Shown: one piece after another, positions 39,901 to 52,577 of the stretch
How positions within the stretch are numbered: position 1 is the first letter of the stretch
How the letters are laid out: every line of letters begins with the position of its first letter
Source of the DNA: Lytechinus pictus
Taxonomy: Eukaryota
NCBI RefSeq assembly: GCF_037042905.1
Contig: NC_087251.1
Location: forward strand, 5,582,001 to 5,646,000
DNA length: 64,000 nt
Direction: 5' to 3'
Translations under genes and position numbers: made by a program
Notes under the pieces: generated by a model
Database searches by the model: none
What the model was told of the DNA's origin: nothing
What the model saw: the letters and a program-made list of their open reading frames with translations, nothing else

Positions 39901-40943
39901 AAAATACCCCTCCACTCTCATTTTGGTATCACACTGCATTTGATTAACACATGTTATTTCAAAGAGGTATATCTACTACACTAGGATATACTTTCTTCGG
40001 GATTTTGCAAACTTATATACAGTCTGGAAAATAACAGAATGAAGAGAAATTTCAAAAAATATATATAATACGTTAAGAATGGGTAATTTTAATTTCATTG
40101 TACTCTGCTCTTCCTACTTAAAGAAATCAAAGAAACTGATAATAAATTACCTATCATAAATTGTGGTGTTCCTTTAAGTATGCCATCCATAATCATTTTC
40201 AAATTAATAAACTAGATGGTTGATTTTCCTTTTAAACATTATTGAAGCATTCATCATTCGCACTCTAATACTCAATCATATTTTAGAGACTTACCCAAAA
40301 GAATATTACCAGCAGAAATTCGCATCATACCATCATGATTTGATTTTTTTATTCGCCATTGCTTTCGTGACTTCTTAATTTCTGTAATGTTTAGTCATTT
40401 AATGCATGTTTTATTTTGAATGTGAAAGATTTTTCCATCCAACTGTCAAGCTGCGATCATTATGCTTTTGGTAAATCTTAAAATTTTCAGTTAAGCATGA
40501 GAAAACTTTAGCTCACACCAATGTATTGTTATGTTTTACATCCCCCTTTAACTCCATCCCCATCACCGGTATTGCAATAATTTCATTTACATCATTAATA
40601 TTTCATACAGTTATAACTGTGATAACAATTATATGCTCCATATTAATTACTATATGTTAAGTAATGATACATTACAATACAGATTTACAGTAGCAGTCGT
40701 AATTTTCCTCTCTGAAATTCATTAAGCAACCTTTCTTCTTTTCTTCTATTTATTTTGTTGATGTATTCGGTACGTTTTGTAAGATGTTATAGTACAAAAT
40801 TATTGAAACAGATGAGTCTAGAAAAAAATAAAGAAGTAAAAACGAGTATATTATAATTATGGTAACTTACCTGCAATTAGATACCATGATACAAAACAAA
40901 TTAAGAAAACATATTTCAATACGATGCTGCAAGCGGGAGACAT
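21172..40943 (-). CDS. Nicotinic acetylcholine receptor alpha-type subunit (alpha9/alpha10-like Cys-loop channel), 8 coding exons: join(40943-40871,33589-33417,27908-27864,27670-27561,26006-25820,24575-24218,23836-23674,21430-21172), ~455 aa
   Basis: All introns GT-AG with consistent phases; exon lengths sum to 1368 nt. Signal peptide, VRPV motif, WxPDV loop A, Cys-loop C-x13-C (CKMNIQYYPFDVQKC), vicinal CC in loop C, SGEK-M2, four TM segments. An in-frame upstream ATG at 41003 would add 20 aa. Confidence 0.92.
21814..23172 (+). mobile_element. 5'-truncated L2/CR1-clade LINE (RT C-terminal half, 3'UTR, (ATT)n tail), antisense in nAChR intron 7
   Basis: LDLSAAFDTIDH, GIPQGSGLGPLLF, YADDTQLY, SKLDYCNGLL, LHWLPV motifs; one frameshift ~22605; stop at 22955; GCGCA..TGCGC tail hairpin. 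Confidence 0.92.
23674..23836 (-). CDS. nAChR gene A exon 7 (M3 and MX helix)
   Basis: CFFMLIILSGCAVFLSVIVLRLYHHDTNTKPPRWVIKLFL; (TC)n-CAG acceptor, AG|GTAGG donor. Confidence 0.9.
24218..24575 (-). CDS. nAChR gene A exon 6 (loop C, M1, M2)
   Basis: NGIWSL..YLCCPYPND..PDSGEKVTFTVTNLLALTLFQQLVADKMP; CAG acceptor, G|GTACC donor. Confidence 0.95.
24820..25055. repeat. (ATT/ATC)n microsatellite
   Basis: Directly visible. Confidence 0.9.
25820..26006 (-). CDS. nAChR gene A exon 5 (Cys-loop and loop B)
   Basis: SACKMNIQYYPFDVQKCVLTFYPWTLD; poly-T CAG acceptor, AAG|GTACGA donor. Confidence 0.93.
27200..27522. repeat. (GAT/GGT)n microsatellite next to the exon 4 donor
   Basis: Directly visible. 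Confidence 0.95.
27561..27670 (-). CDS. nAChR gene A exon 4 (QWVDEYLQWDPEENGGIYNLTLKMHQVWRPDVVLDE, 110 nt)
   Basis: CAG/GTATGT borders; W-x-D..L-x-WDP and WxPD motifs; conserved 110-nt length. Confidence 0.93.
27864..27908 (-). CDS. nAChR gene A exon 3 (DETMQLITIRTNMRL, 45 nt)
   Basis: AG/GTAAGT borders; 45 nt matches the conserved DEKNQ exon of nAChR genes. Confidence 0.9.
28130..28330 (-). mobile_element. Highly degenerate L2-like LINE fragment
   Basis: RFD*RNGLL and RIQQLQNWAAR resemble the L2 motifs RLDYCNGLL and LQNxAAR. Confidence 0.4.
29941..30810. mobile_element. Non-autonomous TIR transposon (Tc1/pogo-like)
   Basis: TAGGGGAAGGTGGGGTAAGTT...AACTTACCCCGCCTTCCCCTA; internal GGCTCAACTT repeats. 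Confidence 0.7.
31035..32588. mobile_element. Non-autonomous TIR element with an internal pyrimidine-rich minisatellite and a nested CACT MITE
   Basis: TA|CCCCGTTTAGATCT...AGATCTAAACAGGG|TA. Confidence 0.65.
33417..33589 (-). CDS. nAChR gene A exon 2 (VQASD...EKELVSRLLSNYGDTSVRPVKNHTKPVEVFFRMLLYELVKL)
   Basis: TTTTTGTAG acceptor, GTAAGT donor, N-terminal helix and VRPV motif. Confidence 0.9.
33700..33980. repeat. (TAG)n microsatellite
   Basis: Directly visible. Confidence 0.95.
34704..36150. mobile_element. CCCGG-terminated TIR element
   Basis: CCCGGG(G)nCCACTTACATTGACGAGTGGATACCATGCGCGACCA is inverted at ~36100-36150. Confidence 0.8.
35175..36039. mobile_element. TTAA-target MITE nested in the CCCGG element
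   Basis: TTAA|AGATCCAGACCGG...CCGGTCAGGGTCT|TTAA. Confidence 0.8.
37451..37889. mobile_element. TIR element with palindromic GGCTCGCGGTTCAGAACCGCGAGCC subrepeats; truncated second copy at 39107-39488
   Basis: CGTGTTTACACTT...AAGTGTAAACACG termini; two highly similar copies. Confidence 0.8.
38702..38864. mobile_element. Harbinger-type MITE (CTG TSD)
   Basis: CTG|GGGGCCTGTTT...AAACCGGGCCC|CTG. Confidence 0.7.
40871..40943 (-). CDS. nAChR gene A coding exon 1 (signal peptide MSPACSIVLKYVFLICFVSWYLIA)
   Basis: Hydrophobic N-terminus; CAG|GTAAGT donor; phase 1 fits the next exon. Confidence 0.75.
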
Positions 40944-41694
40944 CTTTACAGCTTTCCAGTAGCATCCATTCGCATGTTGACTTTCATGGTATCCATGCAG
41001 CATCACTCGTGATTATCAGTTTCCTTGATGATCTGCCTTAAAAAGGACACTTATGCAAGCACGTCGTATATAAAACCAAAGTGGATTTAAATTATCATTT
41101 TTAATATAATGTTGCTGCAGTTTCATTATACGTGGAATATCTGTAAAAGCAAATTGAAGATTTACTTTTGAACATCAATTAGCCCTAAGGGCCTTGAGTA
41201 AATGTTACACAAGATTTTTTTCGTCGCTGGAAATGCACGTTCTCTGTCCGATTTCATCTCACAAAAACAGAAAAAGCCTGGACGATTAAACTTGGTTCTA
41301 AATTATGACTTCGATATTAACAGCACGAGCGTGATATACCGCCAACAAAGCTCATTACATCTAGCCAAGAAAACGCGTCCAAAAAAGCAATAACAAGCCA
41401 GCTTTTATGCATGCATCACAACTGTTGATAATGGTTTTAATCGCATTATCATGGTGATGAAAATAAGAAATCGGTCGATCTCGTGGAAAGTAGGTCTATC
41501 AGTTGTCGCTTTCTACTTTTTCTCAACGGTTGAACAGACACATTCAACTAATCAAATAATATAAGTGGCCAAGTTATCTGCGCTCGATGAATAATAGATA
41601 ATTGTGTTGGCTTATCCATAGCAAACCCCGAGTGTATCTTGGAATATTCATAAAGTATTTATGTTGCCTTATAATCTACCAATCAAAATAAGTA

Positions 41695-42104
41695 CACTCC
41701 AAAAACTCCGGTGTTGATTTACCACCAGCCCGGAATATATTATGTCAACACCAGAGAAATTTGAAACAACACCAGTTTGAAATCAAACTGATGCGGCTTT
41801 AATACTAATTGGTGTTGTACACTGTAAAAAATGAAGTGCTAATTAAGCACTTACAGTGCTTGTATATAGTGACTGCACTACGATTGCTAACTTTCTAGTT
41901 TAAATTTGAACTAGAAAATCAGCACTCGCAGTGCAGTCACTATACAAGCACTGTAAGTGCTAAATTAGCACTTCATTTTTTACAGTGTATAAACACCTAT
42001 CTGGTGTTAGACCAAATACCAATCTGGTGTTGTTTAACACTTCTCTGGTGTGGACATAATATATTCCGGGCTGGTGGTAAATCAACACCGGAGTTTTTGG
42101 AGTG
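41695..42104. mobile_element. EnSpm-type MITE with a nested palindromic CACTG MITE (41820-41987)
   Basis: Both have CAC...GTG ends with TA duplications. Confidence 0.85.
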
Positions 42105-43991
42105 TACAGGCCTACCGGCTGCAGATACGTGAATTTAACACCTTTTAGCAGAGTCAAGAGTGTCCCCCACACCCATCACAAGAAAAAGGTCCTGATTCTT
42201 CCTGCCTGATAAAGCTGCAAGTCTCGCAATAAGAGAAAGCTTAACAAACTAATACAAACGATTAAATTATGCTTTCTTGAGCTGATCGTTGATTCATAAT
42301 TATTGGTCTTAAAATTAAAATGCATACGATAAAATATGATAAAAGACCGACTTTATTTTCTTCTATAGACGTTTCGCAAGCTTGATGCTCGTGCATAAAT
42401 TTATTCTACAACCTTGCTTGCATCGGAAAATCCCATTTCCCTACACCTGCGATGTGTATGACGAGTCTATTGTCATGTAGATTCTCTAGGTTGGCTATTA
42501 TAGTATTGCAATATCGTTTATTAGCTTATCTCAACTTATATGTATACTCAGGTCAAAACCATTCATCGGCCTTCATTATCATGGCCAACTTAATTTTATA
42601 ATAATATACAGTGCGTTCCAGAAAAAAAAACGTAGTTCAGTGTAAATAACTTGCCATCATTATCATACAGTGAAAAGATATGCTTCCCCTCTTTCAATAA
42701 TATTTTGCAACCCATCTCGATGTTCATAATGCACGCATGACTGAGTTAGTACAATAGAAAGTGGCGCTATACCAAATTTCCATTTGCACGAGCAAATTAC
42801 TTTTTCTGGTTTTTGCTGCTAGCTTATCAGAAAACAAAGTTTATAACTTAGATATAAAACCTATAATAACGTGTATAATAATAATTGAATGGTAAAAAAA
42901 AGGTTGCATGAAAACATGCTTGATTTCTACCTATTCGATAGATCATTGAAAAAAAAAATCGTTTTCCCAACAAAGCAGCAGACAATGGCTAACGACGAAT
43001 ACGCGGTATTTATTTATTTTATTTCGTTTTATTTTAACAGGGTAGCCCTTCCAGTTATTAAAAAAAAAATTGCTCGACCAAGGGGCCCTGTATCAACATA
43101 AATTTAAAAACATAATATTAAAACAATAGTACATAAAATAGTCAACAAAATGAACATAATAATCAATGAGAAAAAAGAAATACATAAAAAATCAATCAAA
43201 ATCGCTAATAGACTTATAACAACATAAAGTATTCATGAAAACCTTAAAAACATATCTGTGTGAAGGAGATCAATTTGCAGTGTTTTATTTTATTGAATTA
43301 AGTGAGGTTACTAATCGGAGAGAAGGGGATAATGCATTCCAAATTTATTTATTTAGAACCTATTTATTCAGGTACAAAAGATCAGCATAAAACTGTTTCA
43401 TCAATGTCCTGATGAAAACATAACGAACGACATAAATCATTATATCATACATGAAAATAAAGTCAAAACCTAAGTAAAAGATAGCAATGCTTGGTAACAT
43501 ACATAAACCAATATTTGTACTGAAATGATAATATGAAACAAACTGAAATATTTAAGTTATCAAAAGGGAACAGCTACTAATTATAAAATGACAGAGCATT
43601 GATAGCAAAATGATCTTTTAAAGTATTCGGTTCGAGGTATGTGTGATTAAAAGAAAAATTGCTTGACATGCATGTTTAGACAAGGCAGAGGTAGCGGTAT
43701 GTGGGGGGGGGTTGAGATGAAAATTAAAAATATTATTCCCATTGTAACATTGAATTCTCATAGCCATCGACTCCAGCTCACGATATTAGCGTCGGACCAG
43801 TCTCATAACAAAAATGACTTTCCTTCCTCGGCCTAACAGCATTTACATTTAACCTATTGTCTGCTGCTTTATTGGGAAAACAAAATGATTGTACTTCTAC
43901 GATCCGTCGAAATGGTAGAATTCAAGCATATTTTCATCCAACCTTTTCTGTACCATGCGTCATTCATATTTTACGCATAAGGTCTCATAAT

Positions 43992-44406
43992 AGGGCACCG
44001 CACATCTTACGACTGTTCGCGATCCGATTTTGGAACAAATCGCATTTTGCTCATGTTCTGAAAATGTGAATGGAACATATCATTTTATTTGAGGTTAAAA
44101 TCAATTGAAAGAATACTAATATAACCATTTTGAAAGATTGCAAGCTTTTATTTTGGAGTAAAGGCCAAATTAGTTTCAAATCGTAGCCAATCGTACGACT
44201 GCTATGACGTCATTACGACTAGATATTAAATTTGCTTTTATTCTAAGAAGGATGAAAGCATAGTCACAGATTTGAACATAGGTATTCGTACGATGATTTA
44301 GAACATTACACAGTAAGATATTCCATGTCTCAATATTAGCATCAAATTCTACTACATTTTATTCTGAAATCGGGTCGCAGACCAATCGTAAGGTGTGCGG
44401 TCGCCT
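43992..44406. mobile_element. Harbinger-like MITE
   Basis: AGGGCACCGCACATCTTACGA...TCGTAAGGTGTGCGGTCGCCT|TAA. Confidence 0.65.
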
Positions 44407-44706
44407 TAAGGAAGATGAAAAGATGGATATTAAAGTTATAAACTTTGTTTTCAATATAGAAAGCAGTAAAATCCATAAAAAATCACTCAAAATTTTAATT
44501 TGCTCGTGCAAATGAAAATGTTGTGTGTGTGTACGGGTGCGTGTATAAAACTGTATAAAACTGCAATTACTGAAAAGTAGTACAATAATACTATAGGGTG
44601 GAGCGAGTTGCTTAGATGTTTAGTTGTACAGACTGTTACATCCGAAGGCTCATCAGTCATCAACTGAAAGTTGAATTTAAGTACAGCGTTAAGAGAACAA
44701 TAACTC

Positions 44707-44876
44707 TAGTGCAGTCAAGCAAACAAACAAAAGACACAAAGTAAGGGGGATGACAAAAGTGAACATAATTATAATAGTTATCGGCTACTTCTCAGCTTAA
44801 AGCCAATAGCTATTATCTGTTCACTGTTATCATTATCCCCCTTACTTGTTTCTTGTTTGTTTGCTTGACTGCGCTA
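44707..44876. mobile_element. Palindromic MITE (TAG...CTA ends)
   Basis: TAGTGCAGTCAAGCAAACAAACAA / TTGTTTGTTTGCTTGACTGCGCTA. Confidence 0.7.
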
Positions 44877-45160
44877 TTATTTTGTAAGCGGTCAAAAACC
44901 AAAAAGTGGCTTATTTCTTGACTTTAATCCCCAGGCTGGATCCAAACAAAATGGTACATCAAATTGAATGGAAGTTTTCTGACTTTTCGGAATTGGGCAT
45001 TTAAAAAAAATACCGTAATGTGAACCATCACCATGGAAACCAGCCTTAGATAAGCCACGCCCATTTTAAATAAATCGTCGCGAGGCGACAATTTGTGGTG
45101 CAGGGATGACAATTTGTGGTGGCCCCTCCATCCCCTCTCTCTATCAATCTCTCTTGCCCG

Positions 45161-47629
45161 CATGGGCGGAAATCCCAGGGGGGACAGGGGGGACATGTCC
45201 CCCCTACTCAAAATAGTAGGGGGGACACAATATCAAATGTCCCCCCTACTATTTTTTGTCTTTTATGATGGTAAGAAATACATCATTCTAAATCGAAATA
45301 TAACATGCATTTTGGGACGAGATGACCGTATACTTTTGGGATGATAACCTTTTTTTGCTTGTCAAATTTTCCCGCCCCTTGTCCCCATAGGCGGATCCAG
45401 GGGGGCCGAGGCCCCCCCCCCCCCCCATTGGCGGAGCAAAAAAAGAAGAAAAAAAGGGAAAGAAAGAAGGAAAAGGAAAAGAGAGGAGAAAAGAAGAGAA
45501 GGACGACGAGTGCATAAAATAAGTTGAGGGGAAGACTTGGAAAATAAAAAGAATCTTTCGTGCCACTATATAAAATTTTCGCTCCCTCTTCGCGCTCGCA
45601 TTACCTGTTAGGTAATTTACATATCTTGTTCAATATGGAGCTCAAATATCAAGTTTGGAAGTCAATATACAAAACATATTTCACCTCGGAAATCGATCAT
45701 TATTTTGTGTGATTTACAAATTGATTTTTTTAAAGTGCTCTGTAAAAATGTCAGTTTTATGGTCTGAATAATTTTATCAACATTTGCTGCTTGCGCTGCG
45801 TGCTCGCAAATTTTGATTTATCAGGTATCTGTTATTTAAATTTCGTGTATTCCATAAAGTTGTCAAAATATCATTTTCAGGTCTTATTGTCAAGACGTAT
45901 CAGCTAGCGCTGCACGCTGGCATTTTGATTGGCGAGTTATGTATGTTTCAATATTGATTATACAACAAACTACTTAAAATCCCCTTTTCATGACAGTTTA
46001 TCAAAAATTTTAGCTCGCGATTTGCGCTCGCATTAATGGTTAAAAATATATCACCTGATGCATCCTATTCATAATTACAAAAGTGAAATGTCCAGTTTTT
46101 ATGCCATAATATCATCAGATTTTGCGCCCTCATTAGGCATTAATAAATATGATATTAATTTAATAATTAAATTGTCCCTTTTGTTTCATCTCGCGCTTAG
46201 CAAGAGGAATAGGAAGATAGTCATCATTTTCATGATATGTTGTAAGGATGTCCCGGTCCTATGTCAAAACTCAAAGTAATAATAATGACAATTTTAGCTC
46301 TTTTTTTTTAAGTGCGATCCATATCCACCAGACAATTTTCCCACAAAGTGCTTGAAATATAAAGCTGTAATTGACTCTTTTTTCAGATCAGAATATCAAA
46401 GTTTCATGATTTTCATGATTAAAGATGTATTTAGAATGCCTAGATTCTAGGTCTAAATGTGAAACACGCGCGCGCAGTTTATTCAAATACTCAACTTGTT
46501 CTCTATTTAAATCATTATCCAGTTTCAGATCACAACATCAATATTTTTTCTGCTCGCGCTTTGTGCTCGCGTTATTAATGTAGGAAGACCCTCTATTAAT
46601 CATCCTTTTCATGTTTTACAAAACATTGATTTTGATTAATTTATTTTATTTAAACACGGTAAAAAGCCCTCGATCAGCCTATGGCTGTTTACAAAACATG
46701 CAGAGTGGCCCATTATAGGTCTAAATCTCGATTTTTTGTTCTGCTCGCGCTTCGCGCTCGCATCAATTGTTGAATTATATAGCTATCATGTTCACGATTA
46801 CAAAAATTGATTAAAATTTTCCATTCTTTCTTTAGAAATTTTCATAATTTTTCAGCTCGCGCTTCGCGCTCGCATTTTTTGATTGTTGAAGTATGTAACG
46901 CCTTCATGGCTAAGTGCAAGTAGTCCTTAACACTGAGGTACCTTTTCAACAGGTACCAGTTCAAAACGTAGGCCTATATAAAAGTTTTCTGCTCGCATTA
47001 TTAATACTCATCCTTTCATGATTTACAAAACATGAATAGAGTGTCTCGTTCAGTAAATATTATAGGACTAAATCTCAAAAATTTCCGCTCGCGCTTCGCG
47101 CTTGCATTAATTGTCTACTTATATACCTATTCTGCTTGAGTTACAAAAAGTGCTTATCATTTCCATTGTTTAGGTGAAAATGTCCAAAAAAAAATCAGCT
47201 CGCGCTCGCATTATTTGATTGTTAAATGCCAACTGCACGCAGTCTTTAACATGTATCTTTTCCATCAGTTCATTTCTGCTCGCGCTTTGCGTTCGTAGTA
47301 ATTATTAAGTTGCATACACATTTTTTTCAGGATAAAAAACATTGCCCAGAATGTTCAAATTTTAGGGAAAATACATAAAATTTCCAAAATATTAGCTCGC
47401 GCTTCGCATCATATAAATAAGGATTATGATATTATATATGAATTTATAAGAATAAAGGTAAGAAGTGACTAATGAGGACTACCCCTTCAAAGAAACAAAC
47501 AAACACAAATCATCTTCGAGCTGCTGATCGGGGAAAATATGGCTGAAACAAATTTTCCCCCCCCCTATTGGCGAAGGCTGGATCCGCCCCTGTGTCCCCC
47601 CTACCTTTTGGGAGATATTTCCGCCCCTG
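45161..47629. mobile_element. hAT-type non-autonomous element containing a second hAT-like element (45386-47592)
   Basis: 8-bp TSD CTTGCCCG; CATGGGCGGA...TCCGCCCCTG termini; inner element rich in GCTCGCGCTTCGCGCTCG repeats. Confidence 0.85.
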
Positions 47630-48756
47630 CTTGCCCGTCATCCATTCTTCCCATCTATTCCGTCTCCCTCCCTCTCTCTCTCTCTAAACATTCCATTCAC
47701 TCATGAATATCACATTGATGGCACAATTATAAGTCATTTACATTCCCTGGATCCCAAGCCATAAAGACTTAATGCAAAATTTCTAGGTCGAATTTACTTT
47801 CAGCCAATAATGTTATCACAAAGTAGTTTATCAAACAGGACCCCTAATCTGTCTCACCATAAAAAAATGACCAGTACATGTACATGACAATTACTGCATA
47901 GATTTGCGAAGATGATTGATATTACTTAACAAGTTTATTATGCTTCCACTAAAACAGAAAATAGCAAATAACAATATTAAATTCAATTGGCAATATCAAA
48001 TTTTTCTACAATGATTATTCCTTCTATATAAATCACCTAATATCAAAAGAGGCAGAGCATATTTAGTCAAATAAAGCATGGTTTTACCATAATGTATGCT
48101 TGTCAAATGTACCATCAGGTCTCACACTGTTGAATATTCAAAATGAGTTACCTCTTTAATACTTAAAACTTGTCTTTACTGCATTATTTGAAATGACATT
48201 TTACGATACAATACAGCAAAGTATTATGTGAATGACAAAAGCAATTGCCGCCTTAACCTGTTATCATTGTACAAGAATACAAAGTTATCATCTCTCTTAC
48301 TCTCTCGTTTCAGTTCCTCCCGTTCGGAGATCAGCAGGTAACACTGCAGACGTTTAGTCTAGTAGATGTCAAGTCCGGATTAAGCCATCAATAACAGGAC
48401 TCTAACATCTTCTAGAAATATCCACAAATTACAGCACCCAGTTCGAAAATACAGTGTATCTCCATTATTAGCAATATCTGTAACCTAGTAAAGTTTGATT
48501 TGCTCCAAAGCAATTAATAAGCTAGTTTATCACTGATAAATTTACACCCTTTTATGAATTTGAAATCTTTACACACAAAAAATGTATCACTTCAAAATAA
48601 AGATGACCAGGTAACACTGCAAAAAGATTTGCATTCAAATTAAGTTAAAAAAAAGTCTCAAATATACAATATTGATCTGTGTTAATTTTTGTTTAATTGC
48701 AAGACTTAATTAAGTCCCAGGTGTTGCTTATTACCACAGCATAATGATATATTTAA

Positions 48757-49355
48757 AGGGATACTCAAGGCTGAAGATATTTATATCTAAATAAATAGAG
48801 TAAAATTAACAGAGCAAAATGCTGAAAATTTCATCAAAATCGGATAACAAATAACGAAGTTATTGAAATTCAAAATTTAGCAATATTTTGAGAAAATAGT
48901 TATATGCACGTCATCATGAATATTCATTAGGTGGGCTGATGATGTCACATCCCCATTTTCCCTTTTCTTATGTTATCACATGAAATCATAATTGCTTAAT
49001 TTTTTCATACATGTGTAAATAATGTGTCTGCATTATAATGAAATAAGTTGCAGCAATGAATAACTAATGCACTTAATCAGTTGTCAATCAAATTGTTTAA
49101 GTTCTTGGTAGAAAATTTTTTAATAAACCTAATTTCATATAAAATACAAAAGAACAAGTGGGGATATGACATCAGTTTGCACATTTAATATTCATGAAGA
49201 CATGCCAAGAACTGTTTTACCGGAATAAAGCAAATCTTTTAGAATTCAATAACCTTGTTATTTGTCATCCGATTTTGATCAAATTTTCAGCATTTTGCTC
49301 TGTAAATTTTACTCTATTTATTGAGATATGAATATCTTCAGCCTGGAGCATCCCT
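48757..49355. mobile_element. TTAA-target MITE (Kolobok-type)
   Basis: TTAA|AGGGATACTC...GAGCATCCCT|TTAA. Confidence 0.85.
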
Positions 49356-52300
49356 TTAATTGAACCCAATTATCCAATCAATAAATGGGAGTTTTATTGT
49401 AAGAATATCAAATTGAATCCTGCGGTCGGTTTGATACTAAGTTACTAATTTTTCCACTCTTTATAAATTATAATGGTAAAAACCACAATTCCTTTAATTA
49501 GGTCAATATCAATATATTTCATGTATCTGGGGTAATTAAATGCATGACATGGCACCCAGCCCATATAATGTCAGCAGTATTCATGACTCAAATTATCTCC
49601 TGTATGGGCTTATTTGAAAGGGGATGATTCAATCTTGCGATTCTCTATACTATGTGGTTTAACATAAAACAATTTACAAATGCACTTTGGCAAAATAGTT
49701 TTGCATATTTTCATAAATTTACACCAATGATCAATCACTGTTAAGCACATGCTCCAATAAAAAAAAAGGAAATACACTGAATTACAAATTAACCTGTCAA
49801 GTTTATTCCAATTTCATAGCTCAAGAGACTAAGCAAGCATACAAGCTAAGCAGAAATATTAAAATATTTTTTATTTTTCATTTGCCAAGCAACTACCCTC
49901 TTGCAGTGGGTTTGTGTGCAATAGTTTATGTCAGAACTGTGTAACAATTAGCATCAGAATTAATAGGTACATGTACTTTTACCAAACAGAATCACAGGTG
50001 TAGACAGCATGAAATAAAAAGACAAAATCATACTAGAAATGATTCCTCTGTTGGATAATCTTAAAATTCAATAATTGGAAAAGTCATATGCTGCTACCAC
50101 TTCAAGAGGTTTACCAGTGCAGAGCAACAAATTTCAGAGACGATTATTTATAGACTGTGCATAACTTCAATGGGCCAAGCCGTGCCATGGCACGACTAGT
50201 TCACGATTAATACACAACTAGTTCACAACTAGTTCAAGACTAGTAGCTCACGAATAGGCTGCACATATTTATCACGAGTCTCCAAATTATTGGCCTAAAA
50301 GGCAACGCATGCGCAGTTTGGCTATAACAAACGGCAATTCAAAAATCATCACGGAGTCTGATTTTATGCACCAATGAATGATGATGAAGGGAATGACGAG
50401 ATATTACCGTCATGAATATGGCATGAACTACTCTGGAACATGGCAGGAAACACTGACACACTTCATACCCCACATTGTCACAAATGAATCATGCCAGTGC
50501 GGGAAACGAAAATTGTGCAAGTGTCATACAGTAGCAGCATTAAACTGAATTGAAATCAGATTTGACCAATTTAACGTCATTCTATACTGTCACATTGAAT
50601 TAACCCACTGGGCCCTATGCCCTAGACAACTTTGGCTATTATGGAAAATATATACTATGGGCATGCCATGGTTTGGTGGTTCTAACTCATATTCAAAACA
50701 GAGGGTTTGCCCAGACATGTTTTTCTTCGCCAAGGGTTTTATCCACAAACTGCTGCAATCAAGCAAAGCGAGGTGAATGGGGACCAGCAGAATTGATTCC
50801 TTCAAACATTGAGCAATGGAAACTAGAGCTCTAGGTAAAACAGGACAGTGCACATTGGAATGGATCATTTCTAGATAGGTGGCACTATATAAATGAATAT
50901 CATTACTATCATGTAAAATTACAATAACAAGACTGAAATAAAACTAAGATCTACAGACTGGGCAAGCCAAGGAGTATAAAAGTGAGTGTGGAAAACAAAC
51001 CTACAGCAATATAAAAAAGTTTGGTATGTGACCTTTGACTCATTTCATCAATTTCAAGGACTTTTAAAGAACATATTTAGTTGCATGCTCCTGGTGACAG
51101 CAATTAAAGGCACATCCAGTATTTCTATTCCAAAATCAAATCATCTACAATAAACACAAATCACTACAACAAAACTAGTTACAATTGGAATTCAACATAT
51201 CAATACTGGAACACTGTATACAATTCATTTTTGTGCAAATATCTACAAATTCAAATTTGATATTGATCTAACACCGAATCTTCCATCTTTGCTTCTAATC
51301 AATACAATTCACCTATTTTTATAAAATAATTGGAATAAAAAAGAACTAGAAATTAAATATCAGTCTTGTTACATACAAGATACAATGAACGTATGATGTA
51401 GTGTAATCTCATGTCTATGGCAAACAATGTACTAAAGAACTACATGTACAATCAATTAAAAGGTTGTTTGTATCTCTAAATGTTACAGGGCACTACACTG
51501 AATTGATAACATACTGTTGAATATCAATAAAAAATAAAGCTTTCACTAGACCTCTTAATAAGAAAGAACAAACTTAAGTAATATCATTAAAAAAAAACAA
51601 TATAAAGATATCATTGTTACAACTGTAGAGTTTCTCCTCAGTTTACATTACAATATTTTCCACAATTTTTAATAATTGTGTTACTTACTTGACCTCATGA
51701 ATTTCTTAAAGATCCTATCTATAGCCAGTACTGCCTGCACAATGATTTCCAATAATCAACTCCATTCAACAAATGATATTAAGATAATTATTCCTGGGAA
51801 GTTACAGCAGATTAAAATATATTCCTTTATTTTTATATATTAGACCAAAATGTTTTCCGATTCAACATCACTTCATGACTAACTTACTTGACCCACAATA
51901 ATTGGAGAGCATTTCAGAGAGTCTCTGTATATCAGACATACATGTTGTATGAAACTGCCATGTACTTTCTTGTATATATTTCATTGTTTCTACATACATG
52001 TATGTCTAGTGTAATTTCTCACAACTTTCATTAAAAATATTTGAATGAATAGCTGATAAAAAATAACCATAATAATGATATGCAGAATACATCCCTCCTC
52101 TACCAAGGGGCAATTCACCAACAGCTGAAATCATGCTTTAGTGTCAGAAAATGAATTTTATCAGAATTGATGGTACGTACATATTCTTAAAGCCTTTCTA
52201 AGTTCATCTACAATGTATACATCGTTGGTCAATCGTCCTAGTACAACGGCTGGACTTGAAACAAACAAAGAAGTAACATTGATAAAATCAATTTAATACT

Positions 52301-52549
52301 ACATGTATATCATGCATGTTTGTGCTTGCATTTTATACAATCTAGATTAACCGCAATTTGATACAGGCTGAGAAATATAATTTAAGATGTTATTGACACC
52401 AATTCCCCCCCCCCCCCATGTACCTGTATAACCATTGTGAAAACAGCACTCTTAACATACAATGTTTCTCTTAATCTTAACCCCATTACCGATGTCCTTG
52501 CAATCTCCTGGTTAACATCTGGATATAGGTTAGGCAACCTCATTTGACT

Positions 52550-52577
52550 TCATGATGAAACTAGGACATAGATCATA
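52550..52577 (-). CDS. CNIH1: cornichon exon 5 (coding part)
   Basis: CAG acceptor, (S)MIYVLVSS-TGA. Confidence 0.92.
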
